A stretch of DNA of 64,000 nt from a virus. Its lineage: Duplodnaviria; Caudoviricetes. Positions 1 through 10,222 of the stretch are shown here, piece after piece. Where the stretch lies: positions 34,645 through 98,644 of the IMG/VR virus record IMGVR_UViG_3300042446_001529; one strand, given 5' to 3'. The notes beneath the pieces were generated by a model that saw only the letters and a program-made list of their open reading frames with translations, had not been told where the DNA came from and did no database searches. Within the stretch, counting starts at the first letter, position 1, and the number at the start of each line of letters is the position of its first letter. A program made the position numbers and the translations under genes.

Positions 1-2
1 GC

Positions 3-728
3 AATAGCAGTAATTGGCTTGATGTATCCGAGACATTGAATTTAGCTGCCGGCAAAGCAATGTATATTGGCGGAACTAAGGTAATAGATGGCAATAGTTT
101 AGGTTCTGCTATCACAAGTATCCCAGGGGTTAGTTCTTTTGGTACACAGACTGTGGTCAACATCGGACCGGGCGTGCCTGCAGTTACTCAGATGAGACTG
201 GAAAATCACAGAATCAGCACTGTGAGTACAAATTTTGATATTGAATTAGAACCAGATGGCACAGGAAATGTTGCATTGATCGGGGCTCCAAGAATCACCG
301 GCATGCAAGATCCTGTGTCTGCTCAAGATGCTGCTACTAAAGAATATGCAGATAACAAAGTGGAATCAAGACCTGTGATTTTTACTATTGATTTATCTGA
401 TGGTAAATCCAATACGTATATTATTACAAATATATTGAATAATCTTGCTCCTGTGAGTGAGTATAGGCCAAGCACATATGCCAGAATTTTATGTAATTTG
501 ATAAGCAACAACGCTCAATCTTTAAGCATAAATTCATTGCCACCATCGATTTCCACAGCACCATTTTTAACCAATCTTGGTGGAGCCAGTAGCCAAGCAA
601 TTACAAACATCAGCTTCCCCACAGCTAACATAGCCGCAGCAAGTGTCTCGGTAACAAGAATTATCAAAGTATTTCAAATAATCGGAGGAGTGTGGATATG
701 GCAGTCAGATCTACCATTACCTCCATAA
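3..728 (+). CDS. Tail fibre/virion structural protein, C-terminal part (5' truncated by window)
   Basis: Frame is open from the window edge; G/S/T-rich; PVSAQDAATKEYAD fibre-type motif. Confidence 0.7.
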   Translation, partial: NSSNWLDVSETLNLAAGKAMYIGGTKVIDGNSLGSAITSIPGVSSFGTQTVVNIGPGVPAVTQMRLENHRISTVSTNFDIELEPDGTGNVALIGAPRITGMQDPVSAQDAATKEYADNKVESRPVIFTIDLSDGKSNTYIITNILNNLAPVSEYRPSTYARILCNLISNNAQSLSINSLPPSISTAPFLTNLGGASSQAITNISFPTANIAAASVSVTRIIKVFQIIGGVWIWQSDLPLPP

Positions 729-747
729 TGAATCAGGAGTGGCATAA

Positions 748-2850
748 ATGGCCTATGTAATTAACAAGTTCAACAAGGAACAATTAGTGGTGCTGCAGGA
801 TGGCACCATTGATACTACCACAAGTCTGGGATTGGTTGGCAGAAACTATGTGGGCTATGGTGAAATACAGAATGAAAATTTTGTGTTTCTCTTGGAAAAT
901 TTTGCTAATACAGCTCCTCCATCGAGGCCTTTAACTGGACAGATATGGTTTAATACCACAGACTCTATAACCTATGCCTATGATGGCACACAGTGGAATC
1001 CCATAGGATCTGCTGTTGTAAGCGCCACAGTCCCTGTCAGCGCCAACCCGGGTTCTTTATGGTTTAAGACTCCGATTAATCAACTGTTTACATATACTGG
1101 TACAGCATGGAGATTGATAGGTCCAGAAGCTGTGGAAGGATTTGGATCTACTAAAGCAAGATCAGGAACCCTGGACGACAACACCGGTAATCCTCGCCCA
1201 GTGATATTCTTAGAAACCAATGGCGTGATATTTGCTATCTGCACTGCGACAGCTTTTACTATCAACACAAACGATCAAGTTACAGGATTCAGCGACAGTC
1301 TATTAGCGGGAATCAATCTTTCTAGCACGGCTAAGATCAATGGCAGCGTAACCGGCAATGCTGCCACAGCTGATCAGTTATCAACAGCTAGACTAATTAA
1401 CGGAGTGCCATTTACAGCCGCGTCAAATATCACAATCACAGCAAATACCACCAATGCATTGAAAAAAGGTGATTATATCCTAGGATCAGATTTCAATGGT
1501 TCGGTAGAAAGAACATGGAATGTGGATGCATCTCCTGCCAATCTCATAGGTAAGATAGTCGCTAGAAATTCACAAGGCGGATTTTCAGCAGGCACTATCA
1601 CAGCAGATCTAGTTGGCAACCTTACTGGAAATGTCACAGCAACCAGTGGAACCAGCACATTTAACATAGTTCAGGCCACCCAATTTATCGGCGCACAGTT
1701 GTCTGGAAATTCATCCACTGCTACACGATTAGCCACTTCTAGAACCATTAACGGCGTGGGATTTGATGGTTCTAATAATATCACAGTCACAGCTGATGCC
1801 GCAACCTTGACCGGAAGCAGTCTTAATAATTCTGTGACACTGAGTGGTTTGACACAGTTAGGAACATTGAGTTCTTTAAATGTCAGTGACACAGGAATAG
1901 TGTTAGGCAGTGGAAATCAACTGCGAGTGTTTGTTCATTCAACTGGTCCTACTATAAGATCTACTAGCGGAAAATTAAAATTTGATATGTTAGGAATAGG
2001 ACCTGAGTTATCATTTATAGGTGCTCCAGAATCATTATCTTTAGGCGGTCCCAACGATCCTGCAATTATTTCTGATAATCTATCAAATTTGGGTATTCCG
2101 AGTCATAAATTTAAAAATGTGTATGCAACATATTTTAAAGGTACCGATGCTGAAGTTACTAGCATAACGTCAGCAGATCCTAGTAATAATATAACTGCCA
2201 ACGGCAATTTAATTGTAACTGGAAATTTAACAGTTCAGGGAAATGTAACAGCAGTCAATTCCACAGAACTTACAATCGAAGACAAATTAATAACACTAGC
2301 CAGCGGAGCAGCTACAGCAGCTGAAGCTAGTGGTGCTGGTATATTCATTAACGGGTCTGGCGCTTCGGTTATGTATTCAAGCACAGGCAACAAATGGGTT
2401 TTAAACAGAGTTTTAGATACAGGTAGTAATGATATTTTCACTACTGGTTTGTTTAGGGGAACAGCAACAACTGCTCAGTATGCAGATCTAGCAGAAAATT
2501 ATGTAGCTGACAGAGAATACGAACCCGGCACAGTTTTAGAAATTGGCGGAGAATATGAAGTTACTCTAGCTCGACCAGAAACTAATAAAATTGCTGGTAT
2601 TGTTTCTACTGACCCCGCATATTTAATGAATTCTTCATGTGCAGGTAACCATGTAGTTGCTGTAGCATTACAAGGACGAGTTCCGTGTAAAGTTACAGGA
2701 AAAATTAATAAGGGTGATATATTAGTAAGCGCCGGTAACGGGTTCGCTAAATCAACTAATCAACCGCAGTTTGGTAATATAGTAGGTAAATCTTTAGAAA
2801 ATTTTAACGGAACTGACGGAATTATTGAAGTTTTAGTTGGAAGAAACTAA
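748..2850 (+). CDS. Tail fibre protein with C-terminal YADLAE chaperone-like domain
   Basis: N-term MAY..NKFN..DGTID..LVG.NY.GYGE..NENF; internal TARLINGV/SRTINGV fibre repeats; C-term QYADLAENY..GRVPCKV; SD AGGAG. Confidence 0.8.
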   Translation: MAYVINKFNKEQLVVLQDGTIDTTTSLGLVGRNYVGYGEIQNENFVFLLENFANTAPPSRPLTGQIWFNTTDSITYAYDGTQWNPIGSAVVSATVPVSANPGSLWFKTPINQLFTYTGTAWRLIGPEAVEGFGSTKARSGTLDDNTGNPRPVIFLETNGVIFAICTATAFTINTNDQVTGFSDSLLAGINLSSTAKINGSVTGNAATADQLSTARLINGVPFTAASNITITANTTNALKKGDYILGSDFNGSVERTWNVDASPANLIGKIVARNSQGGFSAGTITADLVGNLTGNVTATSGTSTFNIVQATQFIGAQLSGNSSTATRLATSRTINGVGFDGSNNITVTADAATLTGSSLNNSVTLSGLTQLGTLSSLNVSDTGIVLGSGNQLRVFVHSTGPTIRSTSGKLKFDMLGIGPELSFIGAPESLSLGGPNDPAIISDNLSNLGIPSHKFKNVYATYFKGTDAEVTSITSADPSNNITANGNLIVTGNLTVQGNVTAVNSTELTIEDKLITLASGAATAAEASGAGIFINGSGASVMYSSTGNKWVLNRVLDTGSNDIFTTGLFRGTATTAQYADLAENYVADREYEPGTVLEIGGEYEVTLARPETNKIAGIVSTDPAYLMNSSCAGNHVVAVALQGRVPCKVTGKINKGDILVSAGNGFAKSTNQPQFGNIVGKSLENFNGTDGIIEVLVGRN

Positions 2851-2863
2851 TAATATCTGAATA

Positions 2864-2871
2864 GATAAATA
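2864..2871 (+). promoter_or_regulatory. T4-like late promoter (GATAAATA)
   Basis: Intergenic TAAATA motif that recurs upstream of many genes in the window. Confidence 0.6.
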
Positions 2872-2898
2872 TAAAACATAGCAGAGGTTCTTAACAAC

Positions 2899-4701
2899 AT
2901 GGCATATGAAGTCAACAAATTTAACGGTGTGTTTTTAACGTCTGTAGCTGACGGCACTATCGACACCACCACTGATCTAAGGCTAGTGGGCAAAAATTAC
3001 GCAGGCTACGGCGAAGTGCAGAATGAAAATTTTGTTCATCTATTAGAAAATTTTGCTAATAACACAGCACCTCCAAAAGCTATTACCGGGCAAGTTTGGT
3101 TTGATACACAACTTAAAAAACTAAAGTTCTATGATGGTGCCAAGTTCAAAACAGCTGGCGGTGCTGAAGCCAGCGCATCAGCACCTAGTGGTTTGTCTGT
3201 AGGTGATTTTTGGTGGGACACATTAGCCAAACAGTTATATACCTATACCGGTAATGATTTCACTCTTATTGGACCTATAGCCAGTCCCGATTTAGGCACA
3301 TCAATTATCAGCCCGGCAGTGGTATATGGAACACTGACTACTGCAGAAGGCCCACATACTATACTTAAAGTCATAGCAGACAGCAAGACCATAGCTGTGA
3401 TCAGCAAGACTGCGTTTACTCTTGATAATAGTAAAAATGCCATAGATGATTTCACAGTGATTAAGAAAGGTATAACATTAGTAAAATCACAGACTGGTGT
3501 TTCTACGGATGATTTTACGTTTTGGGGCACTGCAAGCAATGCCACCAAGCTAGGCGGATTCACAGCTGACCAATATATCAAAACAGGTGAAAGCGCATTT
3601 ATTTCGGAAGTTGGTTTCAAAGATCCTGGCTTTCAAGTAGGCGACGGCAATGATCTTAGAGTTAGAGTTGAAAACGGCAGCGATGTAATTGTAGAAAATC
3701 GTTTAGGCAATGATATAACATTTAGGATCACAGTACAAGACGCTGTCGATGAGAGAGATATTGCAATTATAAAACGCACAGGAATAGAACCTGGTATCTC
3801 TAACGCATATGCTTTAGGATCGACTACCAAAAGGTGGAGTAATGTTTTCGCTACAGCATTCAATGGTGCCTTAACTGGAGCAGTGACGGGAAACACCACA
3901 GGTATACACAAAGGCAACGTATTGGCCAATGATGATACAGTGTTGATAGATGCTACAACAAAACAGATAGGATTTGCCGGAGCTAACATTGTTGGTACTC
4001 TTACTGGGTCGGTTACCGGGTCTGCGTCAACAGCAGTAAATGCTGGTAAACTAAACAATTTAGATCCCAGTGCTGTTATACCCGGATCAGCAATTTCAAC
4101 AGTAGCTGTACGAAACGCCAACGGTGATATATTAGCCAATCAATTTGTTGGTACTGCAGACCGCACCGATAGAACATTTATCGATAGAACCAATGCAATA
4201 TCTGATCCTACATGGGCAGATGGAACAGTCAGCACCCAATATAGAACCGCAAGAATTACAGCCACAGCTTACAGCATTGCGGCAAGAGATGTCAGCGGTA
4301 ACATCACTGCAAATATTTTCAATGGCACGGCCACAGCTGCTCGTTATGCAGACTTAGCTGAAAAATATCTTGCTGACAAAGAATACGAAGCAGGCACAGT
4401 GGTAATGATAGGCGGTGAAAAAGAAGTCACAGCTAGCGATGTCAATACTCGCGCTGTAGGAGTAGTTAGTGCAGATCCTGCTTTTATGATGAACAAAGAT
4501 CTTGAAGGTGGAATATACATTGCTCTCAAAGGCAGAGTTCCATGTAAGGCATACGGTTCAGTAGCAAAAGGTGATAGGCTGATAGCTGGCCCAGGCGGCA
4601 CAGCTATGGCAGCTCACGGTAATTATGCCAACGTGTTTGCAGTTGCTCTAGAATCAACCGGAACACGAACTGGCAACATCATTGAAGTATTGGTGCTGTA
4701 A
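2899..4701 (+). CDS. Tail fibre protein, paralog of 748..2850
   Basis: Same N-terminal module and C-terminal RYADLAEKY..GRVPCK domain. Confidence 0.8.
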   Translation: MAYEVNKFNGVFLTSVADGTIDTTTDLRLVGKNYAGYGEVQNENFVHLLENFANNTAPPKAITGQVWFDTQLKKLKFYDGAKFKTAGGAEASASAPSGLSVGDFWWDTLAKQLYTYTGNDFTLIGPIASPDLGTSIISPAVVYGTLTTAEGPHTILKVIADSKTIAVISKTAFTLDNSKNAIDDFTVIKKGITLVKSQTGVSTDDFTFWGTASNATKLGGFTADQYIKTGESAFISEVGFKDPGFQVGDGNDLRVRVENGSDVIVENRLGNDITFRITVQDAVDERDIAIIKRTGIEPGISNAYALGSTTKRWSNVFATAFNGALTGAVTGNTTGIHKGNVLANDDTVLIDATTKQIGFAGANIVGTLTGSVTGSASTAVNAGKLNNLDPSAVIPGSAISTVAVRNANGDILANQFVGTADRTDRTFIDRTNAISDPTWADGTVSTQYRTARITATAYSIAARDVSGNITANIFNGTATAARYADLAEKYLADKEYEAGTVVMIGGEKEVTASDVNTRAVGVVSADPAFMMNKDLEGGIYIALKGRVPCKAYGSVAKGDRLIAGPGGTAMAAHGNYANVFAVALESTGTRTGNIIEVLVL

Positions 4702-5603
4702 TGACTAGCGGAACATCAATATTTGCTTCGCAGTATGTGGCCATACAAGACAAAGCAGAGTCTTTGTTAGGCATTGGATCTACCACTAGGGGGTATGGTC
4801 AGACCGTGCAATCTTCAGATGTTTTCATTGGTAATGCTATAACCAAAGCACAATGGGATCTGTTGAGATTTGATATTATCAATATAAGACTGCACCAGGA
4901 TGGAGTAATTCCCTCGATAGTACAGGTCGCTGTCGGTGATGCAATTGGATTTGGACCAAGTTCTCCAAACACAAATTACGACATATTGTTAGAACAGGCC
5001 ATTACAAATAGATTCAATCTTGCCGACAACCAATCAGTAGTCACAGCTAAAGCCACACAGACATTCAGTTCTTCGTGGTCAACTCAAGCACAGACCACAT
5101 TGACTTGTAATTTTGCTGATGCTACCACAGCTAGGTATTTTTTCAACAGTGGAGGAAAAATTAGAATTACTTCGGCGTTGACAGCTGGCGCACCAACAGC
5201 ACAAGTTACAGCTTGGGTAAACTTTTTGAACAGTGTTGGAACACGAAGTTTTGGTGCCAATACGAATCCTACTGTCAATTATTACACATTGACTAATGTG
5301 TATCAGACATTTTATCAAGATTCTCTCAGTAGCCCGTATTCTGCAAACAATTATAGACTTGAAGCCAAGTCTGATGTAGCAAATAACTCCACAGGCACAG
5401 CCACTCAAGTCCAGATACGTATTACATTAACAGACACGTATACTGATCCCGGCCCAGAACCCAGTCCACCACCGGGGGATTCTGTAGTGGGCACGTTAAC
5501 AGTGAATGTGGCAGAAGTCAAAGCTTCTGGACTGTTACAGCCATCGGGCAATTTCACAATCACTAGTCCGACATATTCACTTTCAAGTATTGTAGCAGCA
5601 TAA
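4701..5603 (+). CDS. Virion structural (tail-associated) protein, S/T-rich
   Basis: RYFFNSGGKIRI motif shared with next gene; tail operon context. Confidence 0.6.
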   Translation: MTSGTSIFASQYVAIQDKAESLLGIGSTTRGYGQTVQSSDVFIGNAITKAQWDLLRFDIINIRLHQDGVIPSIVQVAVGDAIGFGPSSPNTNYDILLEQAITNRFNLADNQSVVTAKATQTFSSSWSTQAQTTLTCNFADATTARYFFNSGGKIRITSALTAGAPTAQVTAWVNFLNSVGTRSFGANTNPTVNYYTLTNVYQTFYQDSLSSPYSANNYRLEAKSDVANNSTGTATQVQIRITLTDTYTDPGPEPSPPPGDSVVGTLTVNVAEVKASGLLQPSGNFTITSPTYSLSSIVAA

Positions 5604-5619
5604 TCTCTTAAATATTCTC

Positions 5620-6600
5620 ATGCCAGCTGTTAACAGTGTAATAGTCCAAGCAGACTACAATTCAATAAGAAACAAAATCATTGCTGTGTTAGGTTCCGGC
5701 AGTGGAAACTCTGGATACGGTCAACAAATCAGAATCCAATCTACGGCTGTAACAGAAGGCACTAAAGTCACTATCAACGAGTGGGCAAATCTGAGATATG
5801 ACATTATCAATGCCTACAAGCACATTAACGGATCTAACCCAGTTACCGCTGTGGTCGCAGACGGTAATACTATTCGATATTCCAGTTCATTTACTCCCGA
5901 TATCGGAACCCTCGACGTACCGCAAAAGCAATATGATGATTGGGCCGATAATATCACAGCTAATAGATTCACAATAGCCACTAGTGAATCGGGTACCACA
6001 GCAGTGACCACATCAAGCAGAACCGGAGCATGGGTTAGCCAGTGCGAATGCGTCATACAATTTTATTGGTCCAATGCCAATGATGCTAGATATTGGTTCA
6101 ACAGTGGCGGTAAAATTAGGATCAGTGCGAGCCGAACCGGTGGGGTGCTTGGCACGGCTCAAAATACTAGTTGGACTAGTCTTCTCAGTGCCGCAGGCAC
6201 ACAGAGTTTTGGAGGCGCAGCGCCTAACGCAAGTCTTGTAACTTCCCCTAACGACGGTACAAACTGGTATAGAACCACTAACTCTTTCCAGACATTTTAC
6301 ACAGCCACAGCCAGCAGTCCCTATGGTTCTAACAACTATCGTCTACAGGCTAGGTGTGTTGATGTGCCTTCAAACAGCGGAGGCACCGCGGCCAGCGGTG
6401 AAATACGAATATTGTTCACAGACGGATACACCGACTCGGGTGCAGGGGGTAGTCCTAACCCACCCCCAGGTGATGACATAGATGGAACACTTACAGTAAG
6501 TGTTTCTACACTGTTTGCTACAGGTATTATGGTGCCTAGCAGCGCAGTATTCACTGTGACTCAACCCACAGTTTCTATTGGTGCTGTCACTGGCTCGTAA
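5620..6600 (+). CDS. Virion structural protein, paralog of 4701..5603
   Basis: RYWFNSGGKIRI, SSPY..NNYRL, PPPGD..GTLTV shared; TAAATA at 5609-5614. Confidence 0.6.
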   Translation: MPAVNSVIVQADYNSIRNKIIAVLGSGSGNSGYGQQIRIQSTAVTEGTKVTINEWANLRYDIINAYKHINGSNPVTAVVADGNTIRYSSSFTPDIGTLDVPQKQYDDWADNITANRFTIATSESGTTAVTTSSRTGAWVSQCECVIQFYWSNANDARYWFNSGGKIRISASRTGGVLGTAQNTSWTSLLSAAGTQSFGGAAPNASLVTSPNDGTNWYRTTNSFQTFYTATASSPYGSNNYRLQARCVDVPSNSGGTAASGEIRILFTDGYTDSGAGGSPNPPPGDDIDGTLTVSVSTLFATGIMVPSSAVFTVTQPTVSIGAVTGS

Positions 6601-6624
6601 TTTATTTCAGACCACATAATTCTC

Positions 6625-6632
6625 TATAAATA
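6625..6632 (+). promoter_or_regulatory. T4-type late promoter TATAAATA heading the glycosyltransferase/radical-SAM operon
   Basis: Exact T4 late consensus in intergenic DNA; SD AAGGAG follows. Confidence 0.7.
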
Positions 6633-6659
6633 AACTACGCAGTTTATCAAGGAGAACTC

Positions 6660-7007
6660 ATGAACGAACAGTTGAAAGCTGTATTGGATTTCGCCAATTA
6701 TCAGCAGACTTTTTCAATCCACAAAAAAATTCTCAAAGAACGCACAGCTGCCAAACTGATGTATGGTTTCTCTGGCGGGCTGTTTGCCATTGATAGAAAT
6801 CTGTTGACATTTGTTGAAATGCTGTGTAGCAAAGGCAGAGTTTCTGGAACAGTGCTGTTGGACAGCAACGAAAATCCCATTTTGATAGAAAATCTAGAAG
6901 CTTTTCGTGATGAAATCTTCAGCAGATATTTCGAAGTCACCAATGAATACTTTCAAGAATTTGACAAGATCAAGAAATCTAGATCTGTAGAAAAACTTAT
7001 CGCATAA
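6660..7007 (+). CDS. Hypothetical protein
   Basis: Strong SD; overlaps next start. Confidence 0.7.
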   Translation: MNEQLKAVLDFANYQQTFSIHKKILKERTAAKLMYGFSGGLFAIDRNLLTFVEMLCSKGRVSGTVLLDSNENPILIENLEAFRDEIFSRYFEVTNEYFQEFDKIKKSRSVEKLIA

Positions 7008-7867
7008 TGACCAATGGCATTTTAATTTTCGCACATAATAATCGTGAAGTAGATTACGGATTATTAGCAGTGATCAGTGGCGGGCTTGCAAAAAAACATC
7101 TTAATGTTCCAGTGTCATTGGTCACAGACCTTAGCACCAAGGAATGGTTGATCGAATCCCGCACATGGCAGCAGGTTGAAACAGTATTCGAACATGTTAT
7201 AATTGTTGATAAGCCTGTTACGGATAATCAACGTGGATTGCACGACGGTGTAATTAATAAAAAAATACCGTTTTGCAATACCAACAGACATTCTGTATGG
7301 GACCTTACACCCTATGATAGAACACTGCTGATAGACAGCGATTTTTTAATATTCAGTGATAATCTAAACAAATATTGGAATGTAGAAGCTGACGTTATGA
7401 TAGGAGATTCGATCAACGACATATATAGCGAAGATAGATTAGGATACCTTGATAGATACGTCTGTGAAACCAGCTGTAAAATGTATTGGGCAACCACAGT
7501 GATGTTCACGAAAAATCCACAGTCCAAACTGTTTTTTGATACGGTGAATTTAATCAAAGAAAATTACAAGCACTATGCTGATGTCTTTCGATTTGATCAT
7601 AGACAATATAGAAATGACATAGCGTTTAGTGTTGCCAAGCATATGCTAGATGGATTTGAAAACATGAACACACCAACGCTGCCGCCTGTGTTATCAGTGA
7701 TGGACAAAGACATACTCACAGCCGTCGACAAGGACAAATTGACATTCTTGATCGATCATCGATTGGATGCCACATATTGTGCAGCATCAGTGACTGGAGT
7801 TGATATACATGTGATGAATAAACAAAGTATATTGAGACATCAACAACAGTTAATGGAGTTGATATGA
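7007..7867 (+). CDS. GT-A-like nucleotide-diphospho-sugar transferase
   Basis: TPYDRTLLIDSD (DxD) motif; paralog of next gene. Confidence 0.65.
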   Translation: MTNGILIFAHNNREVDYGLLAVISGGLAKKHLNVPVSLVTDLSTKEWLIESRTWQQVETVFEHVIIVDKPVTDNQRGLHDGVINKKIPFCNTNRHSVWDLTPYDRTLLIDSDFLIFSDNLNKYWNVEADVMIGDSINDIYSEDRLGYLDRYVCETSCKMYWATTVMFTKNPQSKLFFDTVNLIKENYKHYADVFRFDHRQYRNDIAFSVAKHMLDGFENMNTPTLPPVLSVMDKDILTAVDKDKLTFLIDHRLDATYCAASVTGVDIHVMNKQSILRHQQQLMELI

Positions 7868-8703
7868 ACTTTGGGTATCTGTTATTTGTAGCACACAATG
7901 ATGACATTGATTATCTCAAGTGCGCCTATGCTCTAGCTCTGAGTATAAAAACCACACAAAAACCAGGGTATGACAAGGTGGCATTGGTAATTGACAACAA
8001 AAAATCGCTTGAAAAATTATCAAGTCCGTGGGTGTTTGACACAGTGATAGAATGGGACCAAGAGAAATATTGGGATGGTAGATCGTGGATGGATCAACTG
8101 TCTCCGTTTGATCACACAGTATGCCTTGACGCTGACATGTTATTCCTACGAGATTACAGTCATTGGATTGATTATTTTATTGCTAACAGTGAATTATATG
8201 TGGCCAACCAAGTCTATACCTATAGGGGCGAAACAATCACAGATCGCACATATAGAAAAACCTTTGACAGAAACTGCCTGCCAGATTTATACTCTATGTG
8301 GACTTTTTTCTCTAAAGGATCTGTGCTATGCCAAGAATTTTTTGATTTAGGCCGACAGATTATAAAAAATCCCAATGAATTCACTAATCAGTTTCTAAAT
8401 GAACATAGACCCAAGGTCGTTGGCACAGATGAAGCATTCGCACTGGCTGCTAAAATACTAGATATAACTGATGACGTCGCATACGATTTACCATTTCCTC
8501 GAGTAGTGCATATGAAACCAATGCTGCAAAATTGGCCGTGGCCGGCTGACACTTGGAGCGATCATGTGGGATTTTATCTCAATGCAGATGCTAGACTAAA
8601 GATAGGAAATTTTCAACAGAATGATATTGTGCATTACGTAGAGAAAAATTTAATCACAGATGAGTGCATACATATCTTGGAGACCAAAGCATGGAAACTA
8701 TAG
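7864..8703 (+). CDS. GT-A-like nucleotide-diphospho-sugar transferase
   Basis: SPFDHTVCLDAD (DxD), GTDEAF, VHMKP motifs. Confidence 0.65.
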   Translation: MNFGYLLFVAHNDDIDYLKCAYALALSIKTTQKPGYDKVALVIDNKKSLEKLSSPWVFDTVIEWDQEKYWDGRSWMDQLSPFDHTVCLDADMLFLRDYSHWIDYFIANSELYVANQVYTYRGETITDRTYRKTFDRNCLPDLYSMWTFFSKGSVLCQEFFDLGRQIIKNPNEFTNQFLNEHRPKVVGTDEAFALAAKILDITDDVAYDLPFPRVVHMKPMLQNWPWPADTWSDHVGFYLNADARLKIGNFQQNDIVHYVEKNLITDECIHILETKAWKL

Positions 8704-9308
8704 AAGATTTTGATAAATGGCTGAAAGAATACAAGCCACCGATTATACAATATGTAGCGGTGTTTGATCCAAATACGGGTCGAGTTATCAGCGTAGGACC
8801 AGATCATGCTTTTGCAGATCAAAAACATACAGTGCAGATATCACAAGAAATTGCTGAATCTATAATCACAGCTGAAACACAGATACACAACTGTCAAATA
8901 AATGTAGAGTCAGGACAGTTAGAGATAGCTGAAAAAAAGACACTAAACAAATTAGATGATGTATTGCATAGAATTCCTGACATCAAATATTTGGAAGAAT
9001 TTAAATCGGACATACATCTAACATACAGTTCGAAAAGCAAATATTTGAAAATTCAACTGTCTACAGAATACGGTGGAACTAAAAAACACAAAGGCAGCAT
9101 CGGAACAAGACAATTTATTTGGGATGGTTCTACCGATATGGATTTTTTAATCACCGATTACAACGATCCCAACTTGATTTTTCAGATGTTTTCTGTTAAA
9201 CTAAATGAACTAGTTGGGCATAATGTAACAATTAAAAACATTGAATATGATAGATTCAGTGTGTATACAAGACGCCTATTTAAGAATTATGTGATCGAAT
9301 ATAAATGA
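8691..9308 (+). CDS. Hypothetical protein
   Basis: ORF coupled to neighbours; ATG 8691 has GGAG SD. Confidence 0.65.
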   Translation: METIEDFDKWLKEYKPPIIQYVAVFDPNTGRVISVGPDHAFADQKHTVQISQEIAESIITAETQIHNCQINVESGQLEIAEKKTLNKLDDVLHRIPDIKYLEEFKSDIHLTYSSKSKYLKIQLSTEYGGTKKHKGSIGTRQFIWDGSTDMDFLITDYNDPNLIFQMFSVKLNELVGHNVTIKNIEYDRFSVYTRRLFKNYVIEYK

Positions 9309-10222
9309 AAGTAATCGAGTTTGATGTAGTTTTTTTAAGTTACGATGAGCCTAATGCAGATCTGCATTATGCTGATTTGTGTAACAAAGTTCCGTGGGCT
9401 AAACGCATTCACGGAGTCAAAGGATCTGACCATGCCCATAAAGCCGCAGCAGAAGCCAGTGAAACAGATTGGTTTATCACAGTTGATGCTGACAACATTG
9501 TAGATCCTAGATTTTTTAACATCGACCTTGACATGAGTGATCCCAAGATACAGGTCTATGGTTGGTGTGGTCGTAATGCAATTAACGGTCTTCGATATGG
9601 CAATGGTGGATTAAAAATCTGGCGTAAGGATTTTGTCTTGAACATGAAGACACATGAAAATTCCAACAGTGATCGCGGCCAAGTAGATTTTTGTTGGGAA
9701 GATGGATATAGAAATTTTCCATTAACGTTCAGTGAAAGTGTTATTACAGGATCATCATTTCAAGCATGGAGAGCAGGATTTCGAGAAGGTGTTAAAATGA
9801 CCTTGCTTGACGGCGTTAAAGTTCCTCCGATGGAAATTAAAGAACGCATATGGTGGCATAATATTCACAGACTGCGCATGTGGTCAACTGTGGGTGCTCA
9901 CGAAGAAAATGGAATCTATGCAGTCTATGGTGCTAGACTAGGAACATGGATGGCCAACTGCACTGAATGGAATTATGTTGATGTTCGAGATTTTGAAATA
10001 CTCAGAGATATATGGAATCAATATGGAAAACCTTATCAAGAAGTAAACGGTGACGGATTAATAGATGAGATTAAAAATTTAGGCGATAAAATAAAAATGA
10101 GTCTGGGATTAGATTGGCCTTTTCTTGATGCACAGCAGAGCAAATTTACTTTAGATTTGTATAATGAAACCATGAATCTCAACGACACTTATTTTAAGAT
10201 GCCGGTGCCTACGAATGTATGA
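9305..10222 (+). CDS. GT-A-like glycosyltransferase
   Basis: FLSYDEPNAD..HGVKGSD.AH..WFITVDAD..YGNGGLK. Confidence 0.65.
   Translation: MKVIEFDVVFLSYDEPNADLHYADLCNKVPWAKRIHGVKGSDHAHKAAAEASETDWFITVDADNIVDPRFFNIDLDMSDPKIQVYGWCGRNAINGLRYGNGGLKIWRKDFVLNMKTHENSNSDRGQVDFCWEDGYRNFPLTFSESVITGSSFQAWRAGFREGVKMTLLDGVKVPPMEIKERIWWHNIHRLRMWSTVGAHEENGIYAVYGARLGTWMANCTEWNYVDVRDFEILRDIWNQYGKPYQEVNGDGLIDEIKNLGDKIKMSLGLDWPFLDAQQSKFTLDLYNETMNLNDTYFKMPVPTNV

Noticed and set aside
323-6564. Many 60-170 aa minus-strand ORFs opposite the tail genes, and similar shadow ORFs elsewhere
   Set aside because: Antisense shadows of biased codon usage; no SD or recognisable motifs.
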